This document shows positions 37,064 to 47,152 of a stretch of DNA of 64,000 bases, piece after piece. The notes under the pieces are model-generated. The model searched no databases. It worked only from the letters and a program-made list of their open reading frames with translations, and was not told the origin of the DNA. This DNA comes from Chthoniobacterales bacterium. GTDB lineage: Bacteria; Verrucomicrobiota; Verrucomicrobiia; Chthoniobacterales; Chthoniobacteraceae. How positions within the stretch are numbered: position 1 is the first letter of the stretch; each line of letters starts with the position of its first letter. The position numbers and the translations under genes are program-made. Location: contig JBBQYR010000002.1 of the NCBI GenBank assembly GCA_038208565.1, positions 13,234-77,233 of the forward strand. Direction: 5' to 3'.

Positions 37064-39199
37064 ATGAATTCACAACCAACTCCAGGCAGCAACGGGCCCG
37101 GCGAAATCGACTTCGTCGGCATCTACTACACCCTGCGCAGCCAGGTCTGGACGATCGCGGCCTGCGTCCTCCTCAGCCTCGTGTGCGCCGTCGTCTATCT
37201 CTGGTGGACGCCCAAGGTTTACGAAGGCCAGGCGGTCATCCAGGTGGATCAAGCAGCGCGCAAAGTGGTGATGATCGACGGGGTCGACGGCGAGAGTCTG
37301 GAGAGCGTCGAATCGCTCAAAACGCTGGAGCAAAACCTGAGCAGTTGGACTCTCATCGAACGCGTCGTCCGCAATCCCAAGCTAGCCTTGACGCCCGCGG
37401 CACTCGGTCTGCGCCGCCGCGGAGCCCAGCCAGTCACAGAAGGCGAAATGATCTACAAGCTGGCGCGCGAAATTTCCGTGAGCCTTGTCCGCGGTACGCG
37501 CCTCATCAGTATCAAGGCCCAAGCCGTCGATCCGCGGGTCGCGGGCGCCCTGCCCAACATCCTGATCGAAGAATACAAGGCGAGCGTCTTTGAAACCCAT
37601 AACCAGATCACCCAGGACGCCAACAGCTTTCTCCGGGGCGAAGTGGAGCGCCTCAACACCAAACTGCAGGCTTCCAAACAAGCGCTGCAGGAATACCGCG
37701 AGAAGTCCAAAGCCGTTTCGCTCGAGGAGTCGCATAACATCACCGACGCCCGCCTGCGCGAGCTCAATGCCAAGGTCACTGAAGCGAAAACTCTACGCCT
37801 CAAGTTGGAATCGGACTACGCGCAGGTGCGCGCGCTCACCGGCAAAAGCCCGGACCTTTTGCTCAACGTCAACAGCGTCGCCAGCGCGCCCATCGTCCTG
37901 GACCAGAAGAAAAATCTCACCGCTCAGGAAGCGGAACTCGCCAACCTCAGCCAGCGCTACAAAGGAAAGCACCCGAAATATATTCAGGCGCAGAGCCGGC
38001 TGGAGGAACTGCGCGCGGGCTTGGATCGCGCGATCAAGATCGCTGCCGATGGCCTCGCTACTTCGGTCGAAGCCGCGCTGGTGACCGAGCAAAAATTTGA
38101 AGACGCCCTCCGCGAACAGGAGGGCAAGTCGCTCGAACTCGGACGGCTCGCCATCGACTACGAATCCATGTCCCGCGCCGTGGATGCCGATACCGCGCTT
38201 TATCAATCCGTGCTCACCCGCCTAAACGAAACCGACGTGACCAAAAACATCGGGCCCGAGGTCCTGCGCATTGTCACGCCATCGGCCACGCCACCTTCTC
38301 CCGCCAAACCGCGCAAGAAACTCGTCCTCGCCCTGGCGCTCATCGCCGGCGGCATGGCAGGCGTCGGGATCGCGCTCACCCGCGTAGTCGCCGATCGCTC
38401 GCTGCGCACCGTCGATCAGGCGGAAAAAATTCTCGGACTGCCCGCACTCGGCTCCGTGCCCCGCGATCCCACACCCGCGCTGAAGGAGGAAGATCTGCCG
38501 GTCCTGCGGGAATCGCACGGCGCCGCCGCCGAAAACTTCCGCACGCTGCGCACCTCCCTCGCCCTGCTCGCGCCGCCGATGGAACGCCGCACTTTCCTGT
38601 TCACGAGTGCCGTCCCCGGCGAAGGCAAAAGCTTCTGCGCCGCGAACTACGCCATCGCGCTCGCGCAGCAGGGTCTCCGCACGCTCCTGATCGACGCCGA
38701 CATGCGCCTGCCCTCGCTCGACCGGCTCTTCTTCCACGGCCAGCCGCCACACGCTGGCGTGGCCGATGTCCTGCTCCAGCGCGTGCCGCTCGCCGAGGCG
38801 GTCCGCCCCGCTCAGCAGCCGAAACTTTTCCTGCTCACCGCCGGCCATCGTCCCAAGCAACCAGCCGAACTTCTCGGCAATCCCAGCTTCACCGAGATGC
38901 TGCGCTCCGCCGCGTTGGAATACGATCGGGTGGTTGTCGATACCGCGCCCATCAATGCCGTGAGTGACACCCTGCTGCTGGTGCGTTCGGTGCAAGCGGT
39001 CGTGCTCGTCATTCACGCGGCCCGCACGCCGCGCAAAGCGGTGGCCCGGGCCCAGCAGAAGCTGGTCGAAGCCGGCGCGCCCCTGGCCGGACTGGTCCTC
39101 AATCAACTGCCCTCCGCGAGCGGCCACGACTACTACTTCCACTACTCGCCCGGCGCCTACGGCGAGGGTGTCTACGGCGCTCCCGAGCGCTCGGCCTAA
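37064..39199 (+). CDS. wzc: Polysaccharide co-polymerase / tyrosine autokinase
   Basis: Two TMs flanking a coiled coil, ENFRTLRT, Walker A GEGKS, IDADMR, VVDTAP, C-terminal Tyr cluster (DYYFHY..AY..VY). Confidence 0.93.
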   Translation: MNSQPTPGSNGPGEIDFVGIYYTLRSQVWTIAACVLLSLVCAVVYLWWTPKVYEGQAVIQVDQAARKVVMIDGVDGESLESVESLKTLEQNLSSWTLIERVVRNPKLALTPAALGLRRRGAQPVTEGEMIYKLAREISVSLVRGTRLISIKAQAVDPRVAGALPNILIEEYKASVFETHNQITQDANSFLRGEVERLNTKLQASKQALQEYREKSKAVSLEESHNITDARLRELNAKVTEAKTLRLKLESDYAQVRALTGKSPDLLLNVNSVASAPIVLDQKKNLTAQEAELANLSQRYKGKHPKYIQAQSRLEELRAGLDRAIKIAADGLATSVEAALVTEQKFEDALREQEGKSLELGRLAIDYESMSRAVDADTALYQSVLTRLNETDVTKNIGPEVLRIVTPSATPPSPAKPRKKLVLALALIAGGMAGVGIALTRVVADRSLRTVDQAEKILGLPALGSVPRDPTPALKEEDLPVLRESHGAAAENFRTLRTSLALLAPPMERRTFLFTSAVPGEGKSFCAANYAIALAQQGLRTLLIDADMRLPSLDRLFFHGQPPHAGVADVLLQRVPLAEAVRPAQQPKLFLLTAGHRPKQPAELLGNPSFTEMLRSAALEYDRVVVDTAPINAVSDTLLLVRSVQAVVLVIHAARTPRKAVARAQQKLVEAGAPLAGLVLNQLPSASGHDYYFHYSPGAYGEGVYGAPERSA

Positions 39200-40347
39200 G
39201 CCCGCTCGCCCGCCATTTCGCGATACACCGCGAACAGGCGCCCGTAACTCGACTCGAGGGAAAAATTCTCGAGAGCCAGCGCCCGATGATTGGGCGCCGC
39301 GATCCCGGACGTCACGTCATTCCGCCACGCGCGGATCGCCTCGGCCAATGAATCCACGTCGGACGGAGAAGCCCAGTAAAGCCGGTCGAGACCGACTTCC
39401 GCGAAGTCCTGATTGCCTGGCGCTCGCGTGAGGATCAGCGGCAGATTTGTTGAGAGCGCCTCCAGCAAGGCGTACGACATCCCTTCGTACAAGGAAGCGA
39501 GGACGAATCCGTCGAGCAGGCGATAAAAGGGTGTGGTGTCGGCGAGATACGGCAGGCGTTTGCAGCGTTCGGCCAAACCGTGCCGCGCGAGCAGGGCGTC
39601 GACCTCCGGTTCAAGCTCGCCCTTGCCGAGATGCACGAAGAAAAGCTCGGGCGTGTCGGACGCGAGCTTGGCCAGAGCGGCATAGGTCGTCAGCGGATCT
39701 TTCTGCGCTGAAAACCGGCCGACCGTTCCGAGAACGAGCGCGCCGGGTGGGACGCCGAATTGCTCCCGCAGCGTCCGCTTTTCCTCCCGCGACGCCGGGC
39801 GGTAGCGCGTGCAATTCACGCCATTGGAAATGAGGCGAATCCGCTTCGTCGGCACGCCGATATGATTTTCGGCAAAGACCGCTTCGTCGGCCGAGAGCCC
39901 GATCGTGGTGCCGCAGCGCGCGAGCATTCGTTCGATCGTGTGAAAGAACCTGGCCTTCGCCCCGGTCGGCGCGTGCATCCGGTAGTAGGCGTGCGGGGTG
40001 TAGCAAATGCGCGACGGCCCACCGAGCAGCGCCAGGCCGCGGACGAGCGCGCCAGCTTTCGAGCTGTGGGCGTGGAGGATATCGGGCACGATCTCCCGCA
40101 CCATCCCGCGCAGCTTGAAGAGCGCCGGAACATCCGCCGCAGATGGCGCGTTGCCCACGCGCAGATTCAGCGTGCGCCCTCCCGCCGCGGCGACTCGCTC
40201 CACCAGCGGGGGAAGCTGATCGCAAGCGGCGCGATCCGAATACGCCAGATGGACCGCGGCGCCTTGAGCGAGGAGATAATCCGCCAGCCCTTCCACATGG
40301 CGGAAAACCCCGTCGGACGCGGGTTGCGAGACGAGGAGGACTTTCAT
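39196..40347 (-). CDS. Glycosyltransferase family 4
   Basis: HAHSSKAG, YTPH, GRFSAQKD, SLYEGMSYALLEA. Start ATG 40347 overlaps the upstream stop. Confidence 0.9.
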   Translation of the reverse strand: MKVLLVSQPASDGVFRHVEGLADYLLAQGAAVHLAYSDRAACDQLPPLVERVAAAGGRTLNLRVGNAPSAADVPALFKLRGMVREIVPDILHAHSSKAGALVRGLALLGGPSRICYTPHAYYRMHAPTGAKARFFHTIERMLARCGTTIGLSADEAVFAENHIGVPTKRIRLISNGVNCTRYRPASREEKRTLREQFGVPPGALVLGTVGRFSAQKDPLTTYAALAKLASDTPELFFVHLGKGELEPEVDALLARHGLAERCKRLPYLADTTPFYRLLDGFVLASLYEGMSYALLEALSTNLPLILTRAPGNQDFAEVGLDRLYWASPSDVDSLAEAIRAWRNDVTSGIAAPNHRALALENFSLESSYGRLFAVYREMAGERA

Positions 40348-41579
40348 GCGAGAGCCGGACGAGGAGCGCCGAGCACTTGCTCGTAAAGCGCGAGCAAGTC
40401 CGAAACGTGCCGGTCGATCGTCCACGGATCCCGCCAGTACCAGTCGTAAGCGTTGCGCCCGAGCCGGGCGGCGAGCGCCGGGTCTTGCATCCGGGTGATC
40501 GCGGCGCACAAGGCCTCGAGCGAGCCGTGCTGGAAATGCAGGCCGCGCTCGCCATCGGGGAGAAAATCCGTCGCCGCGCAACGGTCGGAAATGATCGCAG
40601 GCACTCCCGCGGCGGCAGCTTCGACGACCACCAGACCGAGCGTTTCATACCACTGCGGCGGAAACAGCAGCGCCCGCGCCCGGTGCAACCAGCCGCGAAT
40701 TTCCTCCGGCGAAAGCCAGCCCGTGAACGTCGCGTGCGGACAAAGCGCCCGCGCTTCCTCCGCGAGTTCGCCATCGCCGATGAAGACCGCCGGCACGCCG
40801 AGCCGATGCACCGCCTGCGCCGCGAGCAGCACCCCTTTTTCCTTTGAGAAACGGCCGACGAAAAGAAACGGCACGTTTTCCGCGACCGGCGCCGGGCTGA
40901 GATCGACCGCATCGACGGGATTGCGCACGACGGTTACCCGGCTGCTCGACGGCAGCCACGGGCGCATGAGCTTCGCGCTGAATTCCGAGACGCCGACAAA
41001 ATGCGCCACACCCTGAGGGATGCGCAGGATTTGATTTTGCAGCACGGTCCGAGCGCTACGCCAAAGCTTGTGCGCGTAGTGACGGCGATCGCAGGAACAA
41101 CTCAGGCAATTCCACGAAAGTGGCCGGTGCGGGCACAGCTCCGCGGTCTTGTGGAGGAACAAGCCGCCCGTGGGGCAGGCGATGAAAAAATCATGCAGCG
41201 TGATGAGCACCTTGAAGCCGCGCTGGATGGCCAGATGGAGCACCGACGACGACAGGGCCTTCGTCCAGGTATGCATATGCACGATGGTTTCGGCGGGATT
41301 GTGCGCTGCCAGTTCGCGGTCGAACGCCTGCCGTGCGCGCTGATTCCAAAGGCCGCCGGCAAAGGCTCGCAGACGATTCGGGTCGCGCGCGATTTCTTCG
41401 CCACCGAGGCAGACGACCCGCAGGTCGCGCGTCTCCGCGAGCGCGGCATCGATCGGCTCGACCGAGGTAAAATACGTGGTTGGAATCCCGCGTGCCGCCA
41501 GTCCGCGAGCCGAGGCCATCGCCACGGCGCTGGAGCCGCCGTTGACGTGGGCGTAGTCGTTGAGCACCAGCGCCCGCAC
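40344..41579 (-). CDS. Glycosyltransferase family 4
   Basis: TLHDFFIACP, VGRFSKEKG, WYETLGLVVVEA. Start probably GTG 41579. Confidence 0.88.
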   Translation of the reverse strand: MRALVLNDYAHVNGGSSAVAMASARGLAARGIPTTYFTSVEPIDAALAETRDLRVVCLGGEEIARDPNRLRAFAGGLWNQRARQAFDRELAAHNPAETIVHMHTWTKALSSSVLHLAIQRGFKVLITLHDFFIACPTGGLFLHKTAELCPHRPLSWNCLSCSCDRRHYAHKLWRSARTVLQNQILRIPQGVAHFVGVSEFSAKLMRPWLPSSSRVTVVRNPVDAVDLSPAPVAENVPFLFVGRFSKEKGVLLAAQAVHRLGVPAVFIGDGELAEEARALCPHATFTGWLSPEEIRGWLHRARALLFPPQWYETLGLVVVEAAAAGVPAIISDRCAATDFLPDGERGLHFQHGSLEALCAAITRMQDPALAARLGRNAYDWYWRDPWTIDRHVSDLLALYEQVLGAPRPALA

Positions 41580-41581
41580 GC

Positions 41582-42466
41582 TCAACCGCGCTGACCTCCG
41601 CCGGCGAGAATCTGATTGCTCGAGATCCACCCGACCGTGCGGCTGCGGGCGAGGTAGCGAGGAAAATTCCGCGCGCGAAACCGCCACTTCGCCAACCAGC
41701 GATGCACGGCGCCGCCCGCCGCAGGAAAAAGCCGGCAGGCGATCTCGTCCTGTTCGCGCGTGGTCAGGCCCACGTCGCCGGAGATCTGCCCGCGCCGGAT
41801 CCGGAAGCGGCCCATCTCCGCGGCGTAGTAGTGAAAGCGACGACCCGCGGCCAAAGCGCGGGCCCAGAAATCCAGATCGGCGCAGATGCGATACTTCGTA
41901 TTGAAGCCGACGAGTTCACGCACGACATCGCGATGAAAGAGCATGCCCTGCTGGCTGAGCGGGCTGATCCCGCCGCGCAGCAGCGCGGGGATGTTAGCCA
42001 GATCACGTTCGAGCGTGAGGAAGCTGATCGTTCCGCCGACTTCGTCGATGATGCGCACCTCGCCATAGACCACCGGCTCCGGGTTTCCCGCCGCGAAATG
42101 CTGCTGCGCGATGCGTCCGAAATCGGGACCGAGTTCATCGTCGTCGTTGATATACGTGAACCACTCCCACGGATCAGCGATGTTGTGCAGGGCGACATTG
42201 ATCGCCCCATAGAGCCCTGCGGCCTTGCCGGCATCGGCGAGAACCGTCGCATGCGGAAAACGCTCCCGCAACGTCGTCACGACCGGCTCGGGGCAGACGA
42301 GCACGTGGAGAAATGGCACCGGGAGCGCAAGGATTCCCTCGACCGTCTGATCGAGATAAGGCGAGAGGCCGAGGGTCGGCGTGACGACAAGCAGACGGCC
42401 GGCGGCGCCGGATGTTTGCGCGGTAGCGGATGAGCTAGACGAGGGATCGACGAGAGTGTTTTTCAT
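41582..42466 (-). CDS. Glycosyltransferase family 2-like
   Basis: VVTPT, GLYGAIN, YINDDD, GFNTKYRICADLDFW. Start ATG 42466. Confidence 0.82.
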   Translation of the reverse strand: MKNTLVDPSSSSSATAQTSGAAGRLLVVTPTLGLSPYLDQTVEGILALPVPFLHVLVCPEPVVTTLRERFPHATVLADAGKAAGLYGAINVALHNIADPWEWFTYINDDDELGPDFGRIAQQHFAAGNPEPVVYGEVRIIDEVGGTISFLTLERDLANIPALLRGGISPLSQQGMLFHRDVVRELVGFNTKYRICADLDFWARALAAGRRFHYYAAEMGRFRIRRGQISGDVGLTTREQDEIACRLFPAAGGAVHRWLAKWRFRARNFPRYLARSRTVGWISSNQILAGGGQRG

Positions 42467-43953
42467 GGGAGTGGGACGCTGGCGGTCGCGGCAGATGAAC
42501 CGACGGTGGTGGCGAGGTGATCGGCGACCCGAAGGGCCCAGGCGAAAACTGTGAGCGCGGGATTTCCGCGACCGATGCGCGGGAAGACACTGGCATCGAC
42601 GACCCACAGATTTTCCAGACCCTGCACCCGGCCATAGGCATCGACGACCGAGCGCGCGGGATCGGCCGTGGCCACGAGCGTCCCGCAGGCGTGCGACGTG
42701 GAATAGCGCGCCACCCGCTTGCGCAGTGGGTAGTAGCCCGAGCGGAGCAGCACGCGAGAAAAGGAGCGGCGCAGGCGATGGTGCTCATCGATCGCCGGGC
42801 TCACCCGCTCGTGTTCGTAGTCGAGCGTGATCGTGCCGCTGGCGTCTTCGGTCACCCGGTTGTCGCGATGCGAGCCTTCCTCGGTCATCAAAAGAAACGC
42901 GTAGGCCCGCCGCCCCAGCGCATCGACCATCGGACGCGGCACCCAGGTGGGCAGCCGCGCGCCGATCAATTCCCCATCAATCCACGCTGAGCTTTGCACG
43001 ATGCTGTGTGGAAAAGCGGCGTGACGCAGACTGACGGTTTTGCGCAGCCGGTCGGTGTAGGGTGTCGGAGCGATAGCGAGAATCAGCGAACCGATGTGGC
43101 ACTTGTAGTTCCGCCCGATGAGGTCGCCGGCGGGGAGCGATTTCATGAGCCCATGGCGCTGCACGTAACGCGCGAGGAGGCGGCAGGAATGCATCGCGCC
43201 TGCACCGAGCAGAACCTCGTTCGCCAGAAATTCTCGCCCATCGGCGCAGCGCACCCCGCCGAGCCGGGTGACGTCATCATCGTCGGGCAGCAACTCCTTG
43301 ACCGCGACGCCCGTGAGGATTTCGACATTCGGCAATTCGCGAATGGGATCGAGCAGGCGGCTTTCCGCGTCCGCCTTGTATCCGGAACGAAGCGAGAACC
43401 CATCGAAGCGTCGCACCTCTCCGGGGTCGTCCACGATCTTCGGCGTCAACCCCAGCGGCTGCGGCTCTTCCTGCCAGCTCCGGTCATGACGATGGACACG
43501 GTCGAGCAGCGTGCGCAGGTCACGTTCGATCGGGAAAATGTGAGCGCCGAGCAGGCGCTCCGCTTCCTCATAATTGCGCTCAAATTCCTTCGCTGAGCAG
43601 GGCCACGGAAGACATTGATGCGGCTCGTCCGCGCCGAACTCATCGTCCGTGAACCGCAGCAGCGTCGCGCCATACCACTTCGTTTTGCCGCCGAGATTTT
43701 CGTATTCGTCGTTGCGGGCCGCTTTATCACCGAAGCGAAACGGCTCGGTCGAGCGGAAGGCTCCGCGGCGCATCACCGTCGCAACATCCTGCGTGCTGCC
43801 ATCCTGCGGCAGCGCGCGACCGCGCTCGATGAGCAGCACGCGCCGCCCCGTCTGTGCGAGCCGATAGGCCGCCGCCGCTCCCCCGGCACCGGAGCCGATG
43901 ATGAGGTAGTCGTAAATCGTCGCGGCTGCTTCCGATACGGGATCAATGGTCAC
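42463..43953 (-). CDS. GMC family FAD oxidoreductase
   Basis: YDYLIIGSGAGG, GGKTKWYG, LGAGAMHS, catalytic SHACGT and GNPALT. Confidence 0.9.
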   Translation of the reverse strand: MTIDPVSEAAATIYDYLIIGSGAGGAAAAYRLAQTGRRVLLIERGRALPQDGSTQDVATVMRRGAFRSTEPFRFGDKAARNDEYENLGGKTKWYGATLLRFTDDEFGADEPHQCLPWPCSAKEFERNYEEAERLLGAHIFPIERDLRTLLDRVHRHDRSWQEEPQPLGLTPKIVDDPGEVRRFDGFSLRSGYKADAESRLLDPIRELPNVEILTGVAVKELLPDDDDVTRLGGVRCADGREFLANEVLLGAGAMHSCRLLARYVQRHGLMKSLPAGDLIGRNYKCHIGSLILAIAPTPYTDRLRKTVSLRHAAFPHSIVQSSAWIDGELIGARLPTWVPRPMVDALGRRAYAFLLMTEEGSHRDNRVTEDASGTITLDYEHERVSPAIDEHHRLRRSFSRVLLRSGYYPLRKRVARYSTSHACGTLVATADPARSVVDAYGRVQGLENLWVVDASVFPRIGRGNPALTVFAWALRVADHLATTVGSSAATASVPLP

Positions 43954-44019
43954 GAGGTTCTCCTTGCTGGGATGCTCTGGGGTCCTGGAACGACGAATGT
44001 GAAAGATCGGCAGGCCAGC

Positions 44020-44955
44020 TCATGACGCGGCACCTGCGGGAATTGGGACGGCGGATCGCACCGGCGGTGAGGCGATCAGGAAACGACGACGCACCGCGCT
44101 GACGACCCGGCGCCACGGGGTGCAGAGCGGAGTCGACCGCGTGGCGAGAGTCAGTGGTGCTCGCGGATCGTTTTTCAGATCGAGCCTCGCCAGGGCGGGA
44201 TCGAGCAATGGTCGATAGAAGCCCGCAAAGTGAATGATCGCGGGCAGTTCGCGGCGCTTGAGCAACGCATTCTCCGCGATGAGGCACTGCTGCGGCTCAA
44301 TCCAGCCGCAACCAGCCCGGGCCGCCAGCGAAGCGTAGATCGTCTGCTCGGCCCAAAAGCGAAAGCCATCGAACAGCCCGGTCTGTTCGTCGATACCGAG
44401 CAGCCATTCGATGTAGTCGAGATCGAGCACCGCCGGATCGAAGCTGATCATTCCTGCACACACACGACTCGCGAGCGGAATACCCGCGCGCTGGAGCACC
44501 GGCCACTGCGACAGGCGCACGGCATAGGATTCCTGCATATCGCGCATGGCGACAAAACGCGGGCCGTCGCCCAGGAAATACCCGGGGCAAAGCAGCGGGC
44601 GCGTAAAGAGGATATCGGTGTCGCAGTAGATCACGCGCTGCCGCGAGAGCATGGGGATGTCGAATAGCTTCAGGCCGAAGAGATGCTCGCGACGAAACTT
44701 TGCGCAGCGAGGATGTTTGCCGAGCCGTTCCGCGATGACCTCGCAGGCCTCGGTACGGTCGATGAAGAAGCAGGAGCCGAGAGTTTCCTCCAACCGCGCG
44801 CGCGCCTCGGGGTAAAGGCTACCGTCGTCGTGAATGGCAAAGGTCAGCGGATGGCGGACGAAGGACTTCATACTGCCGAGACACTTCCGCGCGAGCTCCA
44901 CCTGGCGCGCGCCCATCATGGTCCGGACGATGATTGGGGCTCCGGGCTTATCCAT
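44020..44955 (-). CDS. Putative GT-A fold glycosyltransferase (GT8-like)
   Basis: HDDG, KLFD, YCDTD (DxD), AG, EQT, IHFAG. Confidence 0.65.
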   Translation of the reverse strand: MDKPGAPIIVRTMMGARQVELARKCLGSMKSFVRHPLTFAIHDDGSLYPEARARLEETLGSCFFIDRTEACEVIAERLGKHPRCAKFRREHLFGLKLFDIPMLSRQRVIYCDTDILFTRPLLCPGYFLGDGPRFVAMRDMQESYAVRLSQWPVLQRAGIPLASRVCAGMISFDPAVLDLDYIEWLLGIDEQTGLFDGFRFWAEQTIYASLAARAGCGWIEPQQCLIAENALLKRRELPAIIHFAGFYRPLLDPALARLDLKNDPRAPLTLATRSTPLCTPWRRVVSAVRRRFLIASPPVRSAVPIPAGAAS

Positions 44956-47152
44956 GAACGGTCAGGTTGAGGTTGGAAGTATTCGACAACGCTCGCGGTT
45001 CCGGGGATGCGACGTCGCGAGGAGACAAGCGGGCGAGCGCGGCTTGCAGCGCCGGCAGAATTTTCGCGGGATCCGAGACCTGAGCGCCGCGCGCGGGAGC
45101 GTGGCTGCTCAAGGTGTGGCGCAGCGCTGCGTCGCTCACGAGTTCTTCGAGCGCGCGGGCCAGCGCCGGTGGATGACCAGGCGGAACGAGGCGCCCACAA
45201 TCGGCATTCACGATTTCCCGCCCGCCGCCGTGGTCGGTCGTCACGACCGGCAGCCCGGCGTAGAGCGCCTCCACGAAAACGATACCGAATGGCTCCGGGG
45301 TCACATTCGGCTGGCAGAAAATATCCGCCGCCGCGAGGAGGTCGGCCACATCTTCACGCTGCCCGAGGAAGCGCACGCGCTCGGAGATGCCCAGTCGGCG
45401 GGCGCTGGCTTCGAGTTCGGAAAGAAATGCGGACTGCTCGGCCGTGAAGGCTCCGCCGATGATCCAGCAGACCCAGGGGACGGCGACGCTGATTTGCGCT
45501 AGGGCGCCCAACAGATCGGCATGGCCTTTCCAAGGCTCGGGTCGACCGGCGAGCGTGATGACTACAGCATCTGCCGCGGTCTCGAGTTCCGCACGGAGGG
45601 TGGACCGCCGCGTTTCTGCCGAGTCTGCGACGGCGGGGCGCGAGACGGGACAGGGCAACACCAGGTGCGCCGGAGTATTCGCAAAAAGCAGTGGCAGGCT
45701 GGCGGCGGTGTAGGCGCTGTTCGCCACGACCAGATCGGGCCGCGTCCAACCCGCGAGGATTTCGACGAGGTTCTTGTTCCGGATTTTCGTGTCGTTGTGC
45801 ATCCACAGGACGAGCGGGATTTTGCGCCACAGCGCGCAGAATCCGAAAAGAGCCAGCGGCCACGAGCCGTGACAGACAACCGCATCGAAGCGTTCGCGAT
45901 CGAGCAATCCGCGGAACCGCAGCACCGCCCGCCACCACTGCCAGGGCCGGCTCGTCTGCACGGACCCGAGGATTTCCACCTGCGCCTGCGTCGCCGCAAT
46001 GTCGGCCGCGACTTTCTCGGCAAAACAAAATGCGAAGACCGGTTCCATCTCCGGAGCCCGCGCGCGCTCGGCGGCCAGGCAGACCAGCATGCGCTGCACG
46101 CCGCCATACATCCGGCCGTTCTGCAGATGCAGGACACGCAGTTTTTTCGAGCCGGTCGAAGCAGAGGCCCCGCCGAGCCACAGGGCGCGCTCCGTGCGAC
46201 TCAACCGCGCCACTGCGGCAATGCCGCACGCGGCGCCACGCAGCGTCTCAAAAGTCAGCGCGGTGGTCGCCCGCGCATCCGCCTTGAGCAGTCCCCGGAT
46301 ACCGTGACGCATCAACCAATAGGTGCGCCGCAGGAAGAGCATGAAAAGTCCAGCCGCCCAGGAAAGGAGCGAGCCGCGCGCGCGAAAGCCCAGGAGAATC
46401 GGATCAGCCAGCGCGAAACTGAAATGGAGCGAACGCAGGTAGGCCCAGGTGAGTCGGCGCCGCGTGATGCGATGCTGCAACTCGCACGCTGGCTCGAACC
46501 ACAATTCGTAGCCCACGCGCGCGATACGCATGACGATCTCGGTGTCGTCACCCGACATGGTTCCGCGGCCAGCGCGACCGGTACACGCCTGCCATTCGAG
46601 CCAGCCGCTGCGCTCCAGAGCTTCCTTGCGGCAAACCAACCCGGCACCGCGCAACCGCCAGCGCTCTTCACCCGCGAGACACCGCGCCTGCGGTCCGAGA
46701 TCAGTCGCGGCGAAGGCATAGGCGCGCCGCGCGACAATCTCCGGCGGAGGTTCTTCCCAATCGATCACGACCCTGCCGGCGAAAGCTCCACAAGCAGGCG
46801 AAGCCGCGACACGCTGCAGCGCTGCGGCCATCCAGCCGGGATCGAGCAGGTTGTCGTCGTCCACAAAAGCGACCCACCCCGCCCGGCTCTCCTGCACCCC
46901 ACGGACGCGGGCATGCATTTGCCCCTGCCGGGCTTCCACGACACGCCGGAGGTGCGCAATGCGTGGATGAAACTCTGCCACGATTTGCGGCGTCTCGTCG
47001 GTGCAATTGTTGTCGATGACGAGCACTTCGAAATCCGCGGAGACTCCCTTTTGCGCCGCGAGATGCTGCAGCGTCTCGGCGAGAAGCGCGGCGTTATTGT
47101 AGGTGCAGACCACGACCGACAGCGCGAGCTCGGATTCGGCATTCTCGTTCAT
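44948..47152 (-). CDS. GT2-GT4 fusion glycosyltransferase
   Basis: N-half: SVVVCTYN, IDNNCTD, FVDDD, GDD. C-half: YGGVQR, GRPEPWKG, EPFGIVFVEA. Start ATG 47152. Confidence 0.9.
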   Translation of the reverse strand: MNENAESELALSVVVCTYNNAALLAETLQHLAAQKGVSADFEVLVIDNNCTDETPQIVAEFHPRIAHLRRVVEARQGQMHARVRGVQESRAGWVAFVDDDNLLDPGWMAAALQRVAASPACGAFAGRVVIDWEEPPPEIVARRAYAFAATDLGPQARCLAGEERWRLRGAGLVCRKEALERSGWLEWQACTGRAGRGTMSGDDTEIVMRIARVGYELWFEPACELQHRITRRRLTWAYLRSLHFSFALADPILLGFRARGSLLSWAAGLFMLFLRRTYWLMRHGIRGLLKADARATTALTFETLRGAACGIAAVARLSRTERALWLGGASASTGSKKLRVLHLQNGRMYGGVQRMLVCLAAERARAPEMEPVFAFCFAEKVAADIAATQAQVEILGSVQTSRPWQWWRAVLRFRGLLDRERFDAVVCHGSWPLALFGFCALWRKIPLVLWMHNDTKIRNKNLVEILAGWTRPDLVVANSAYTAASLPLLFANTPAHLVLPCPVSRPAVADSAETRRSTLRAELETAADAVVITLAGRPEPWKGHADLLGALAQISVAVPWVCWIIGGAFTAEQSAFLSELEASARRLGISERVRFLGQREDVADLLAAADIFCQPNVTPEPFGIVFVEALYAGLPVVTTDHGGGREIVNADCGRLVPPGHPPALARALEELVSDAALRHTLSSHAPARGAQVSDPAKILPALQAALARLSPRDVASPEPRALSNTSNLNLTVHG

